Shown piece after piece: positions 22,924 through 36,200 of a stretch of DNA of 64,000 bases (its first letter is position 1; each line of letters starts with the position of its first letter). The notes under the pieces were generated by a model. The model had not been told where the DNA came from. It ran no database searches and worked only from the letters and a program-made list of their open reading frames with translations. The stretch is from Bilabrum cf. latius. Taxonomy: Eukaryota. Location: contig OZ237744.1 in the NCBI GenBank assembly GCA_965178125.1, positions 806,001 to 870,000 of the forward strand, written 5' to 3'. The position numbers and the translations under genes were made by a program.

Positions 22924-25700
22924 TCAGTGGGTCGTGCGCGTGAGGCGCCCACGCAGGTGGGACATGAAGCTCTCGTAGTTGAGCTCCTCGGTCCCAACGG
23001 GGAAGAACTTCTTCTCCAGAAGAGAGATGTCGTGGTCCCTCAGGAACAGACTGTCCTTGAGCGCCTTCCGGAACTCCCTTCTGTCCACCGTGTTGCTCTT
23101 GTCCTCATCCACCCGACGGAACTCCTCCCGCATCAGCTGCTCCCCCTTCTTGGCGGCGAAATCCATCGCCAGCATCTCCATCAGCCGAGTTAGCCTGGTC
23201 TCATCCTCGTCCTTCATCTGGATATGGCTGATCCTGTCCTCGTACGACTGCAGCTCCTTCTCAGAAATCGTCCCCGCCTCTTTGGCGGCCCGCTCCGCCA
23301 CAGAGACCTCCCCCCACTGCCCCTTGCTGCCGCCGGCACCTTCGCCATAGTCCTCGTCCGTGAACAGCCGAACGAAATCATTGTAGCTGATCTTTCCGTC
23401 CCCGCTCTAGTCGAACCACTTCATGAGCACCATCAGGTCCGCCCTCGACACCTTCATGCCCCACTTCTTGAGCTGCAAGTCCAGCTCGTCGATCGTCACA
23501 TAGCCGCTGAAATCCTTATCCATCGCGCGGAAGGCGCGGCGAGCGGTCGTGGAAAAGTCCTGGAACTTTCTCTTGAGGTGAGTGAGCACGAAGCGCACGT
23601 CTGACATGAGGAAGTGCTTGCCCTGCTCCATCACCTTCTGGGAGTACTCGTCCGTCGAGTCCAAGTGGTACCTCTGCCCATTGATGTTCAGCACGCTGCC
23701 CACCTTGAAGTCTTTCGTGCGGAAGAAATCGCCCGTGTCGGGGTTCCTCAGCTTGCACCTCGCCAGGATCTTGCCCGCGAGCAGGCCCCCGTTCCTCTGG
23801 GGCGGCTCAAACACCTGCAAGGTGTCGTTCTCGAGATACCACGTGATCACGAACTTGCGTTTGCGATCCACCTCGTCCAGCTGCGTGCGACGCACGCGGG
23901 AGCGGGCTGCCATGGCCCTGCTCATTGCCTTAGGGTCGGAGGGCTTGGCCGCCCACAGTGGGTCTCTGGCCACCGCCATCTTCTCCGAGCGGGCCGCCGC
24001 CTCCTCCTGCTGCAGCTTGTACGTCTCTGCCACGGACAGGGGGCCTCCGCCGAGGGACGTTATGGCCGCCGCTGTCAGCGCGCCGCCGCCCCTTGCCTGT
24101 CCCGCGCCGCCTCCGGCCGACTTGCTCTCGCTCTCCCCGGATGCCCCCGGCTCCTCATGAGGCCGCATGGACGCGTTGAACCGCAGCACCATGTCTGCGT
24201 ACTGGTTGAGTTTCTTGACGTCGCGCTGGGGGATCTTGGGGCGCAGGTGCAGGAAGCTACTGATGCTGTCCTCTTCCCCCCCGAAGCCCAGGTACGGCGG
24301 GGGCTCCACCTCCGGCATGGGCGGCTCGTCCTCGCCTAGTAGCTTGGTAGGATCCATCGACTCCATGGCGGGCCGCATGTCGTCTCCGTAGGTCTCCCTC
24401 ACGTGCTTGATGGCGTTGCTGTCGGCGGCATACAGAAACACGGGCTGCCCCATGATACGGATGGTGCTCCCAACCCGGAAGTCCGGGTCGTCCAGCGTGT
24501 AGTAGTCGTCCTCACCGTTGTCGTCCTCGATGGAGCGTGTGCGGTCGTCGTGGGCCAGGACTGCCCTGGGCAGCTTCGCTCTGGAGAACGTCTTGATCAC
24601 GGGTGCCCTCCCCTTGTTGTTCCCGTGCACTTCAAAGGCTTCCACCGTGTCATCCGCGAGATAGTAGTAAAGCATGATGTCCACCTTTTCACCCGCGATG
24701 CGCTCCGAGGTGTCCTACACACCGCGGAACTGCACCCGGTCCCCGCTGTACTCTAGAAACTTCTACAGGTTGTCCCTCACCCCCCTCGTCTGCCATGCGC
24801 TGCTGTTCCCCAGCACGGCCTCCGCGTACCTCTTCACAGGGGAGACCTTGCTGCCCCTGAACACCGTCAGGTCGCGGCCGGTCTCGCGGCGGGTGACATC
24901 GGCGCGCGTGCGCGTGTACACGTCGTCGGGCTCTCCCAGGTTGGGAGGCTGCGCGGGGGCTCCTCGAGTTTCCGCGAACCAGCGCCGGGTGGCTGCGTCA
25001 CACCCGCTGATGCGCATGCGGCGGGCGGTGATCTCGAGGATCTCCCCCACGCGCAAATCGGACCAATGCAGGTACCTGGGCCCGCCCCTGCCGCCCTTGG
25101 TGGGTGGCTGGGGCACGATGGGCACCTTGTACTTGCCGAGGGGAATCTTCCCGCGGTTCAGGAACTTGCCCTGCGGCATGCCGGCGTTCTCCGTGGCTGC
25201 CTCGAAGATGAGCGCGGTGTCGTCCTCCAAAAAGTACTGGATGCGGAGGTGTCGCACGCGAGACTTCTCGCGAGCGTCATCTGGGACCGACTCCTGAAAG
25301 AAGGCCGAGAAATTGAGCACGAGGCCGCTGTCACGCACCTCCTTGGGCACATCCAGAGCGGCGCTCCGCCGGGTCGCGGACGTCTTGGCAAACGATTCGT
25401 CGCCGCGTTTCCTGGCTCGTACCATCTGCGTTACATGTTGTGATTGGTGGGATGACTCGAAGCGACGGAGTGGTGCACAGTAGATTTGGTGCGACTGCAC
25501 GCATCCGTTGATCAAGGACCACCCTACGGCAGCAGTGGGGCTGCCGGCAATCGCCATGATCGGAATATGAACTTCGATACGTCTGTCTTAACTCACGTCT
25601 TCCACACTAAGCTGAGCCCCAGCAGTAACGGGCTTCTGCCTCTCGACGCCAACTCCCTGCTCTACTCGAAAACCTTGGCCTCTGGGTCGACGGCGAGGCG
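22924..25700 (-). CDS. EFHC1/EFHC2 (Rib72)-like axonemal protein: three DM10 domains plus EF-hands; 5' exons uncertain
   Basis: DM10 motifs YFLEDDT...ENAGMPQGKFL, YYLADDTVE, WYLENDTLQVFEPPQRNGG. EF-hands DKDFSGYV, D[TAG]SGDGKISYNDF, DEDKSNTVD. TAG at 24763, 24715, 23407; ends TGA TGA. Confidence 0.88.
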
Positions 25701-26295
25701 GGCTGCGATGGGCGCAACTAAGTGGCAGTGAAATTAGAATATGCCCACCGTGATACAGAGGGGTTGCGCAATGCAGCTGCACTAAAGGCTCAGAATAGCA
25801 CGTTCGGTGTGGCGCGCCAATCCGTGCGGTCCAGCAAGCCCATGCACCTCACTGCATTCCGAAATGCATCATGAGCGGCAGTCCTTTCGGCATTTTGGGT
25901 TGTTTTTCGCTTCTTCCTTCAACAGGTACCGCCATGGTACCAGGTATTGCTCTGAGCTTGACCTGGCCAGTAGATCCGTTCGAGGTCGGTGGTCGGCGGT
26001 CGTAACCAGCAACTGGGCGTAAATTGGTCGCAAGCTGGGGGTTCTCCAGCGGCCCGGCAAGATTGCAAGAGACGCATGCATCTTGCATCCTTGCTCTTGC
26101 ATCAACCTAAACCAATATTTAACGCATTGAAGAGCCAAACTACCTCATAGCGTGCTATATCCGCTGTTTTTCGACCAGATTTCGCCACTGTATGTATAAA
26201 TAGCGTGCAGTTTGGTATATCGCACGCTGGCCACGAGATGATGCGGCGTAGGCTCCAGTGAATTTTGCTACTTCTACTGGTTAATTCGCTGCACC

Positions 26296-27284
26296 ATGGC
26301 TGAGACTGATTGGAACGCTATCTGCCAGGAGATTCTTGATGTGAGAACGGGGGTTTAATGCATTTAAGCGCGAAACTGTGACCTATTGTGGGCATGCCTA
26401 CCAGATCTGCTGCCACATTGCACCGTCTCCGGCGATTCGCAGACCAAGACTTGCTACGCTGTGATCACAGCCGACACTGAGGGTAACGTGTACTATGCCG
26501 CGCCTCTCGATGATGGAGGTAACTTCCAGTACAACGTGAGTAGCTTTAATCGTCGACTAGTCTTGCGGATGCCAGCCACGTTCACGGCAGCGTTTGCCGC
26601 AGTCAACCGTTCGTCAGCGTCGGTTATCAGCCAATCCAATAGCGCGGTGCAATCATCATTGTACTTGTGGTGTGCTGTATTCGTGCGATGCCTGGGCTTG
26701 GATGTGGACGCATGGCTTGGGTCGTGGATCCACGTAGCGGTATCATGGCTCGGATTGGCAAGTTCTGGCGCTAGATGCCCAAATACTCTCATCTTCCGCG
26801 CCAGAACGTTTTTTATTTTATCCCATCTTACGGTTTATGCCTTGCAAAATCCTCCTGGACTCCCCAAATCGCGTCGCAGCTGTACGGCGGTGCGCAGGGC
26901 GACGCCTACGAGGCCGAAGTGACCCAGGAGGACGGCTCCAAGAAGTCGGAGTCGGTCGACGAGGTAAACAACTTGCTGCTCGTGCTCAAGGGTGAGGACG
27001 CCAAGATCCCCACTGGGCATGGCGTGCGCATCAATGGCACCAAGTACATGAAGGTCGGCCTCAAGGTCGAGAACGAGACCTACAAGGCCCCTTGCTCCGA
27101 CGGTGTGCATGACATCAAGGTCAAGCAGACGCACCACTTCAAGAAGGGATCTGAGGCTGCCTGCGTGCTGGAGCAGGGCGAGTACGTGGTCATCTGCTTG
27201 TGCGACGCGTCCAAGCCGGAGCAGCAGTCCGCCCTGGCCGCCAACGCGGCCGCTGGTGCCTTCTACTGGCTGTTCGGCGAGTAA
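26296..27284 (+). CDS. Profilin (form with acidic beta-hairpin insert)
   Basis: Motifs MAETDWNAI, YEAEVTQEDGSKKSESVDE, GVRINGTKYM. Exons 26296-26340, 26443-26535, 26880-27284; TAA stop. Confidence 0.85.
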
Positions 27285-27539
27285 ATAACAGGTCCATGCC
27301 TGCTGTTTGAAGGGATTTGCAGCGCGGCTGTCGGAATCGTTTCTGCCGCTGTGGGCCACGAAAGAGATCCACACGGATCCATGGGGTTTCCTCTGGACCG
27401 AAGGACCCTAGGTTGAAACTGCCGTGAATTGCTGCTGATGCGCCTTTCTTTCACGAATGCTTTCTATCAAAGCGAAACTGGCCCTTCAATCAATCTTTCC
27501 ACGACTGGGAACCCCCAATTTCGCCCGAGAATGCGACCA

Positions 27540-27658
27540 TCATCCCACACCGCCGGCTGCCTGCTTTTTCCTAGCCAAGTACGCCTTGAAGCCGAGCACC
27601 GGCTTCTTGCTCTCAGAAGCAGATGGAGCGACCCCGGATGTGGTGGCACCACTGCTAG

Positions 27659-27712
<54 letters not shown>

Positions 27713-29844
27713 CGACCCCGCCTGCAGATGCCCCCGCCCTGCTCCCGCCGCCCCCAATGGCCTCCCGCAGCGCCGCATCGACGTCCACGCCGCCCACCGC
27801 CGCCCTGGTCTCCAGCACAGAGCCCCGACCGGCGCCCCTGCGAGCGGCCGAGGGCCTCGAGGGGCTGGCACCCAGCTTAGAGAGGAGCGTGCCGCCGCCC
27901 GCGGCACCTCCCGCAGCGGCCCCAACCCCATCACCATCACCCTCGCCCTCGCCCTCGCCCTCCTCTGCTGCCTTCCCCCCTTCCCCGTCCTAGCCCTTGT
28001 CGCCCGCCCCAATCTTCCAGAGGATCTCTACTTTGCGCTCCCTCCGGATGAAACCCACCGCCTTGTTCCTCACGTGGTGCTGGTACTTGGCGTCTTTCTT
28101 CAGCCTGGCTTGTTCCCTGGCAGCGTTCTGCTCGGCCTTGCGGTTTGCCGCTCGGAACCGGTTGTTGATGGCGCTGGCGGTCCTCATGGAGACCGTCCTC
28201 TCCCTTCCAGACCTCTGGTCCATCTCCCCGCGGATGGCCTCCAGATGCCTCTTGGCCAGAGCGATCTGCTTGTCGAACTTGCCACCGATCTGCTGCGCCT
28301 CGAGCTCCAGCTGCTCGGCCCTCCGCCGCGCGGCAGGCTCGCTGCCCGCCTCCTGCAGTATCTTCTCCTTGGCCGCCATTGGCTTGGCCACCTCCCTCTT
28401 CCTGGACTCGGCCAGTGACTGGAGCCTCTGCTCCAGCTCGATCTTGTACAGGGTGGGATTACCCACCTTCCTCGGGTCAAACGAGGCCTGCTTCATGGCG
28501 AGCATTTTCTCGATGTCTTCCGTCGTGTACGTGTGGTTCTTCCTCACCCGCTCCGCCCGGCGTCGCCTCCGCCTCAGGTCGGCAGGGGTAGGGGGCTCCA
28601 CCTGGGACTGTCTACACTCGTGCAGGAAGGCCTGGAGCTCCTCATCGGTGGCTCGCTGGTCGCTCACAAGCATCACACGGAAGGGCTTGGTGTCCTTTGG
28701 GTCTCCTTGGTACAGCACGAGCCTCCTAAACGTCTTGATTTTCTCTCCCCGGACCACCACGTCGTAGCCGGTGCTGCCCCTCGCGACCTCCTTGATCCTG
28801 CACAGTCGGTAGACCCTCTGGCTCGTGTCCTTGTCCATTCCCAGCAGAACCCGGACGAACATTCCCTTGACCATGTCCTTAAAGTATGGCTCCAGGAAGA
28901 AGTGCAGCAGGAACTGCCTCGTGAGCCGAGCTTGGTTCACATCCCGCACCGTCAGCGGCTCCTGCCTCTCCTTCTCCAAGCGGACCTGCCGGGCCTTCTC
29001 TTCCTCTTCCACGTCGCTGTCGTACTCGTCGTGGTCGATGGCCTGCTCCCGCATGTCTGCAGTCCCGTCGAAGCCCTCGTCCTCGTCGAGCAGCTGCTCC
29101 TCGAAGGCGAGCAGCCCCTCCTCGTCCTCGGGGTCGTAACCGCCCGCACCGCTTGAGGCCCCGGCCCCGCGCTTCTTGGCAAACTCACGCTGTTTACGTT
29201 TTCGCCGCTCTGCGCGTGTCTCCTGCTCGAAATCGCTGTCCTCGTCCTCGCTGCCTGCGCCCTTTGTGACCACGCGGCCGGAGGTGTCAACTCCCGTAAG
29301 GCTCTCTTCGCTGTCGCTGCCGTCATCCGCTCTCCTGGACCTGCGACGAAGCCGCTTGCCGCCTACTTCCGTTGTGTCTTCTTCGCTGTCCTCGTCGTCG
29401 TCCTCATCCGCATCCCCCTCCTCCTCCTCCTCATCCTCGTCGTCGTCTTGCACCTGGACGCCTCCGGTCGACTACTGCCGCTCGGCGAAGAGCTACATGT
29501 CCAAGTCATCATCTCTAGCATCCCTACGTTTAGCTAAGACTTGCTCCCTCTCTACCTGCGGCAATTCAAAGGACAAGGGCGCTACAAATCTGGCAGCCTG
29601 GTGTATTCGGCCTGGGGTGCTACAGTACGACCGGAGCGCACTAGCAGCGGGGTCGTGAAATCAAACTGAAACATAATCTCACCTCCGTCAAGCCATCCAG
29701 GTACTCTTGGTCATCCTCATCGCCAATGCAGTTTTCATCGAATCCATCGGCAAAAAACTTGCGGTCCTCATCCTCCAGTCGAGCTTTTTTCGCAGCTGGT
29801 CCTCCCCCTGATGATTTCTTCCTTTTGGTGCCAGGGGTAGACAT
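27540..29844 (-). CDS. RTF1: RNA polymerase-associated protein RTF1 (Plus3 domain)
   Basis: LDGLTE|VEREQVLAKR across intron 29556-29682; Plus3 motif RLTRQFLLHFFLEPYFKDMVKGMFVRVLLG...YRLCRI. TAG at 29493, 29472, 27990; TGA 27540-27542. Confidence 0.88.
27660..27710. repeat. (CTG/CAG)n microsatellite, about 17 units, encoding poly-Ser in the RTF1 tail
   Basis: Uninterrupted ctg run; read as AGC codons on the minus strand. Confidence 0.95.
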
Positions 29845-30028
29845 GGAGGATGCCTGTTCGCCCGCAGTAGGGTAGCGGTGGGACAAACACGGAATCATTG
29901 ACAAATATGGTTACGTTCGAAATATGATATAATGCAAATGCATTGCACTGTAATCCTTGAAGCCAGCGCCATCATTATTCGATTCTTGCGCGGAGTAGTA
30001 CGATGACTAGGCTTCAGCTTTGATCGTC

Positions 30029-33000
30029 ATGAAATATATGAACTCTAATAGTGTGCTAGAAAGGCTCCAAAGTGGAGAATCAGATGGAAAGGCCTCTTAT
30101 AAATTCTCAACTAGGGTGCACTGCACATTGCTGTGGCCTACGCTGCTCAACGCCATGAAAGGAGCCTTGGGCATATCGCTGCTATCGTTTCCATTTGCAG
30201 CATCTCTGGCTGGATGGCTTCCGGTGCTTCTCTTGATGCCACTCGTATTCGTTGGTGTTCGATTTGGATCGATGCTGCTAATGGACCTCGAACACGCCCT
30301 AGGCAGGCGTTCATCTGGGGAAAAAGGAGCAGGTCACAGCTTTGGGACTTCAGTAACTACTTTGCCGAGTCTTGGGGGCGAAGTTGGCGGACCAGTCATG
30401 TTCTGGGGACTGCAGGCGATCATTACACTTACTCAGGTTGGGCAAGCTGCGGCGTATTTGATCTTCATTGCCTCAAATTTGCAATCCTTTGAAGTAATGG
30501 GAAGAAACTTGACGTTAGACGGCATGATTGTGCTCACTCTAGTAAGTGCTGTGCCGCTGATTATGGTTCGCCGCCTCACAAACCTGCAGCTGTGCTCGTG
30601 CGTGGGCCTCGTGGCATTGCTCGCCGCGATCGTTGCGCTAGCCATTCGGTTCGCGACCGGTCCTCCTCTTGGAATAGAATTGGACGACGATGTTGGGGCG
30701 CCCAACTTGGGCGAAGCGCCGGGCCAGGGCTCTGGCGACGTGACTGGCGGCAGCAGCAGCCTCGCACAGCTAGCGATCCACGAGCTCGTGGATCCAGACC
30801 AGTCACCGGCATCGCGAGTCGCCGTCCGTGCGGGGCTCCTGCACGATTCGGAAAGTAGTGGTCATGCGAGCGCAGGCCGCAGTGTTGCGGTGCAGGCCGG
30901 AGCGGTGCTTGCTGGTGGGCTCCTGAGGAGTGATGGCGACGAGGCCAGGTTTGCGACCAGTTTTGAGAGAACACGCGGGGAGTCAAACTCGTGGGGCTCG
31001 GCCCTGTCATCATCATAGTATCTGCCTGCCTTTCGTGGCACCGGCCTGTTCCGGTTCCTCGGAATCAGCGTGCTCGCAGCGGAGGGCATCGTGCACATCC
31101 TGCCCCTGGTGGCGGACCTGCACAGGGAGGTCGGTGCCGCGGTGGCAAAGGCGCGGGGCAGAGGGGGCAAGGAAGGTGGCTCGCATCGTGGAGGTGGACA
31201 GGATGGTGGAACTGCGGGCGCAGGCACGGGTGGTGCAGAGGGACAGGGCAGCGAGCAGCCGGACGGGATTTGGGCAGCTCGTAGACCCAGGACGGGTGCT
31301 AGCCACACTGAACAAGATGGGTCAGACAGCAATCCTGAGGAGGAAAGAGACGACGCCGAGTCTCGTTCATTGCGATTGCGGGCTGGTGGTGGAAAGTCCA
31401 ATGACAGTGGGGAACCAGACGAGGCAACGGCTCGGTCTGACGATGCTACTGTGGAAGCTAGCTTGGGTACTGCTGCGAGCAACGTCGCTGGTAGCTCTCA
31501 GAAAGAGGCAGCCCAGTCTCTGCCGGGCCTTGCCAGTGGTGGCTTTCCTCCGCTTGAAGGCCACCAGATGCACCGCTTCGACTCCTTCCCGAGCTCTGAA
31601 GCTGCCAGTGACGGTTGCTTCCCCTCGAGTTGCTGCGTGTGCTGTGCCCAGCCCTCGGCATTGTGTCCGACTACCGCTGATGAGTTGCACGCCGCCTCCA
31701 TGCAGATCATGCGAACAGAAGGTACGGGGGGCGCAACCGCTGTGAAGGCGCGAGTGACAAGGAGCATGGCACTCATGTTCGACATCGTGCTGGCGGTGCA
31801 GGTCGTGCTGCTCATCGTGTTTGGGCTCTGGGTGTGGGCAGCGACCCATTCGGGATCGCTTTGGAGCAACGAGCCGGCAGGTGCGGTCCACAGCGTCATC
31901 ACCAAGAGCCTCGGCGTCACGGGGACCGATCAAGTTGTGCGGTTGCTCCTGTCGGGGTACATATTCGCCTCGGTGCCGCTGTCCCTGTTCCCTGTCTCAG
32001 AGGCGATCGAGGCAGCCATCGTGGGGGCTTCTGGGGCGGTAGTGCGAGAGACCAGCGACGGGGTGCAGGCAAACGACGGGATAGGCAGCGCGGGCGATGC
32101 TGCAGACGCGAATGGTACGAGCCAAGAAAGGTCGGAGCGAACCGAGCAGCAGAAGAAGCAGGATGGTACTGCCGCAGCGACCGCCACAAGCGGCGACACT
32201 CCTTGGACTTCGTGCCTAGTCTCTCGCTCTAGCCTGCCAGGGCACGAGCACGAAGTTACTGCCTCGTGGGCCGTGTCAATCACCGTACGGCTCGTGCTGG
32301 TTGCGGCGGTGCTGGCCATCTCGCTTAGGTCCGACAGGCTCGGCAAACTGCTGGCACTCGTCGGCTGGCTTGGGTTGGGTGGCACTGGCTTCGCGGCAGC
32401 TCCCGTGATGTACTTGATGTGGTACAGGGCACGGAAGCTGCAGCTAGCGAGAGAGCAGGTGGCAGTGCAGCTGCAGTCGTGGTGGCTGCGCACGCGTGCA
32501 GCACTGCGACGATCGTCCACCGCGACGACACGTCAGGCTCCGCCAGCTTCCTTTGAGGGAGGCAATGGCGTCGCAGGCGGTGCGCCAAGCGAGGCTGAAG
32601 CCGATGCGGGAAAGGGACAATTAGATTCTCGAAGCGATTCTAACGACAAGTAGAGCAGAGGTGTGTCAGCATCGGCCCCGGTGGTTGGCATGCGCGGGGA
32701 CGCGACCAGCGCCGGGAGGCAAGAGGCCGGGCAGGAGCAGGAGCAGGAGCAGGCCGCACTGCTTCCAGCCGCAGTGCCGCCCTTTCCATCCATGCACTGG
32801 GGCAAGGGCAAGGCGCTGCCAACCGGCTCTGTGCAGCACCTGCAAGACATGCTCGGGAGGCATCGATGGCACCCAGTAGTGGACGAGTGCAAGTGGAGGG
32901 TTGATACCGACGGGAAGCTGGTGGATGCTGTGGATAGGATCGACCGGTCGATGGGACTGCAGGCGCCATCTGCAAGCCGATCTACAGGTACAGCGGGGAA

Positions 33001-33646
33001 CAGCATGGATGCGAGCTCATCAGGATGCCTCGTCTCGTGGTTCGTCTGGCTGCGGTTTGCCCTGTGCGGGTGTTCGAGGAGGCGGTGCTGCTGGTGCTGC
33101 GGCGCCCCGGGGCCGTCCTTCGATCTTGGTTGCGGGGACTGTCGCCTGCTGCGCACGCTCCTGTGCCTCGGACACGCTGTCCCGGCGGCGCAGGCCGACG
33201 AAGACACCCTGATGCACTCTTGGTGGGCCAGCTCGGGGCTGGGGCTAGGGAGGTACAGGGTAGGCGGGGCGGCGCTGGGGATGCAGGAGACGAGCAGCAG
33301 CAGCAGCAGCAACAGTAGTAGCCTGCGGGGGTCGGCCGGTTCAGGTATGACGAGTGAGGTGGTAGGCTTCCTTGACGCTGTGGCGCCCTGCTTATCGGGG
33401 CCCACTGTCGAGATGCTCGTCGGTCCGAGACATCGTACGTGCTGCGATAGGACGCAGCGAAGGGCGTCGAGCTCGAACTCGACTGGTATTTCGAAGCAGC
33501 TGCTTGCTGGCGCGACTGCTTGGGACGGCAACGAGGTGCTTTTGGTGTGCTACGCAGTGCTGGGGCTGTCTGGCTCTTTGGCCGGTGCGTGGTACACATT
33601 CGCCGAGGCAGATCTCGATCAAGGTGCGCACGATTTCGTCGAATGA
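30029..33646 (+). CDS. Amino acid transporter (AAAP/SLC36-38-like) with large low-complexity loops
   Basis: Motifs LLNAMKGALGISLLSFPFAASLAGW, TQVGQAAAYLIFIASNL, FLGISVLAAEGIVHILPL, PLSLFPVSEAIE, LLALVGWLG. TAG at 31016 and 32651; TGA stop. Confidence 0.85.
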
Positions 33647-33815
33647 ATTGCTCGCCGTGGAGACAGATCAATTTAACTAGTATGGCAATCGCGTTATATT
33701 CCATTGTGTTGCAGCCGCGGGTCGCCAAACCGGGCTGTGACGCCTGCCATGGCGACTCACCCGCACAAATTCAGCCGCTCAGGCATGCACGGGCTTGCAC
33801 GCATTCGAGCAATCC

Positions 33816-34982
33816 TTATTTGTAGAACCTGATTGGCTCGTACATTAGGTCTTGGCACCCCGGCGGCGGGCACTCTGGCTTCTCGTGCGTTGCCTGGGAG
33901 TAGTAGAAGAGGGCCGTCTCGCCGACACTGTTGAAGTTGGGGTCATCGCTCGCAGGATCCAGCACGGAGGCGTAGTTCTAGACCGAAGGCGGGATGGTGG
34001 CGTTGTCTTGCATGGGACGGATGGGCACTGGCTGGCCCCAGTGCACCAGATCATCGCTAAGGCTGAACTGGTACCAAGGGACCCTGCCCCGGCCCTGCAT
34101 CACCCCCTGCCCCACGCCCAGAAACGCGCCGTAAAACGTGGACCACTTGAGCGATAGTATAGTCAGCGTGGGAATGGATTCTAATGGCGCGCACGCATGA
34201 GCGCTAGCGGTCTGGGGATCGAACCCCGCAGCGTAGGGGTCTGCGAACCGCACGGAAAACGAGGTGCCGTTCCAGCCCCGCCACGAGCGCACATCTGCAA
34301 CATCTGCTGTGCGCAGCATACACGAGCCGTGGCCCATGCCCATGTACGGCCTGCGGTTGTGCACCGCCATATAGTACATGCCGTCTTTGGGTGAACGCAC
34401 GATCCCGGATGGGTCTCCGTATCCCCAGCCGGTGTGGTCCGGCTGGTACTCGTACGGTGCGGCCGCCATGAGGTGCCCTGGAGGTGCTGCCGTATGGTGA
34501 AACGTTCTGCCGCCGTCATTTGATATTGTAGAAGTCATCGCCACCATCCAGCACTGCGCCGTTTGCTGCTGGCGCGGAGCAGTGCAGTTTCCGAAATCCC
34601 ACCCGTGGTATTCCTGGTGCATGTATGCTATTACGCTTCCATTGGACAGCATCCAAGGCGCAAGCATCCACTCGTGATCAGAGTACAGGCTGTTGTCTCC
34701 ACTGAACGAGCTATTCCACAGAACGTCACACTATTTCGAAGTATTGGTCAGACTTGGTCCTCGCGATGCTCGCACGGTCGCCCAAGAAGCCACCAGCGTG
34801 ACCTCTCCCTTTGAATCTCTCCATGCTCGGGCTGGGCCGTCTGGAATGTCGTGATATCCACAGGATTTATTCGTGGAACCCGCCATCCAAACCACGACTG
34901 GAGCAGCGGTGAACTCTACCCTAGGTATCGCGAGCGAGACGGTACTGGAGCTGATTGCGATCAGTGCAAAAAGTAATTGCAT
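33816..34982 (-). CDS. Secreted uncharacterised protein, probable beta-propeller glycosidase-like, bacterial-like
   Basis: Signal peptide; motifs DIPDGPARAWRD, HQEYHG, Asp-box-like SNDGGRTF and SDDLVHW, YASVLDPASDDPNF. TAG at 34731 and 33978; TAA 33816-33818; no introns seen. Confidence 0.7.
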
Positions 34983-35093
34983 CAATTAATATGGCTGCGG
35001 TTTCAACTGTCCGGAACTGATCAAGATAGCCCCCCTGGCACGCGTACTTTGCCGCTGCTTGTGACGATGGCTTAACTGCAACTCGTCGATTGA

Positions 35094-36200
35094 ATGTCAT
35101 TATTGTGCAGCATGGCCCTATTCGCTGTCATGCTCTCTGCTCAAGCTCATGCAAGTTCCATCGCAGGCCTTCCATCAAAAAACGAGATTCATGTGGCCAT
35201 GCAACGGGCCGATGACAAGCTAAAGGAAACGATGAAAGACTGGATCTGCAGCTGGACGCGGGGCGTGTATTTTGTCGGCGAGACCGCACGCTGGCAGTCT
35301 ACGTCGAATGCAACATTACTAAAGTACATGGTGGAGTGGGCAAATCGCAACAAGTGGTCGCCCTGCCCGGACGAGGACCACGGGGATCCAACTTTCGGAG
35401 ACAACCAGGCGTGCGCGGCGACGTACCTGAACCTGTACGACCTGGACCCATCGGAGCACAAGAAATCGATCATAGAGCCTACTCTATCTGCATTTGACAT
35501 GCAGCTGCGCAACGGTTCGGACGCCTACTGGTGGTGGGTGGACGCCGTGTTCATGGCCGGCCCTGTCTGGGCGCACGCCGCGCAGCTCACCGGCGACGCG
35601 AGGTACAGCACGAAGCTCATGCGAATGTTCAACGCGACCTCAGGCAGCGCGTACCACCTGTGGAATCCCTCGTACGGGCTTTACTACCGGGACATGCGGT
35701 ACCTCGGCATGACCTTCCCGAACGGCGCAATGTACGCGTGGGGCCGCGGGAACGGTTGGGCGATCGCAGCTCTTGCTCGCATCCTAGAGCACACCTCAGG
35801 CTCCCCCAGCGACCCTGCGTTTCAGTTCTGGCTCGAGCGGTACCGCACGATGGCGCAGAGCCTGCTGCCCCTGCAGAACAGTACGGACGGCATGTGGCGT
35901 GCATCGCTCACGGACCCAGCCGTGGTGCCAAACCCCGAGACTACGGCATCTGCTCTGAACACATTTGCCCTGGCATACGGGCTGAGGCAAGGATTTCTCT
36001 CCCCTGCCAAGTACGCCGGTGCCGTGCTTAACGGCTGGAACGGACTCGCGACCATTGCCCAGCAGCCGGATGGCCTCGTGGGGTACTGCCAGGGCATCGG
36101 GCACGACCCCGAGCCTGCCAACGCGACCAGCACGTCGGACTTCTGCGTGGGCGTGTTCCTGCTCGCGGGGAGCGAGGTGGCCAAGCTCGCCTCTTCGTGA
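35094..36200 (+). CDS. Secreted glycoside hydrolase family 105/88 (unsaturated uronyl hydrolase-like)
   Basis: Motifs WWWVDAVFMAGP, GLYYRD, WGRGNGW, ETTASAL, VGYCQGIG, GVFLLAGSEV; signal peptide; intronless; TGA stop. Confidence 0.9.
   Translation: MSLLCSMALFAVMLSAQAHASSIAGLPSKNEIHVAMQRADDKLKETMKDWICSWTRGVYFVGETARWQSTSNATLLKYMVEWANRNKWSPCPDEDHGDPTFGDNQACAATYLNLYDLDPSEHKKSIIEPTLSAFDMQLRNGSDAYWWWVDAVFMAGPVWAHAAQLTGDARYSTKLMRMFNATSGSAYHLWNPSYGLYYRDMRYLGMTFPNGAMYAWGRGNGWAIAALARILEHTSGSPSDPAFQFWLERYRTMAQSLLPLQNSTDGMWRASLTDPAVVPNPETTASALNTFALAYGLRQGFLSPAKYAGAVLNGWNGLATIAQQPDGLVGYCQGIGHDPEPANATSTSDFCVGVFLLAGSEVAKLASS

Noticed and set aside
24715-24717. TAG read as Trp (or A-to-I edited to UGG), since QFRGV*DT may align to the DM10 FYxxWDD motif
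   Set aside because: This is a single site in a divergent repeat; paralog swaps and the EMC3 and cyclase columns point to Gln. It is kept as a caveat to test.
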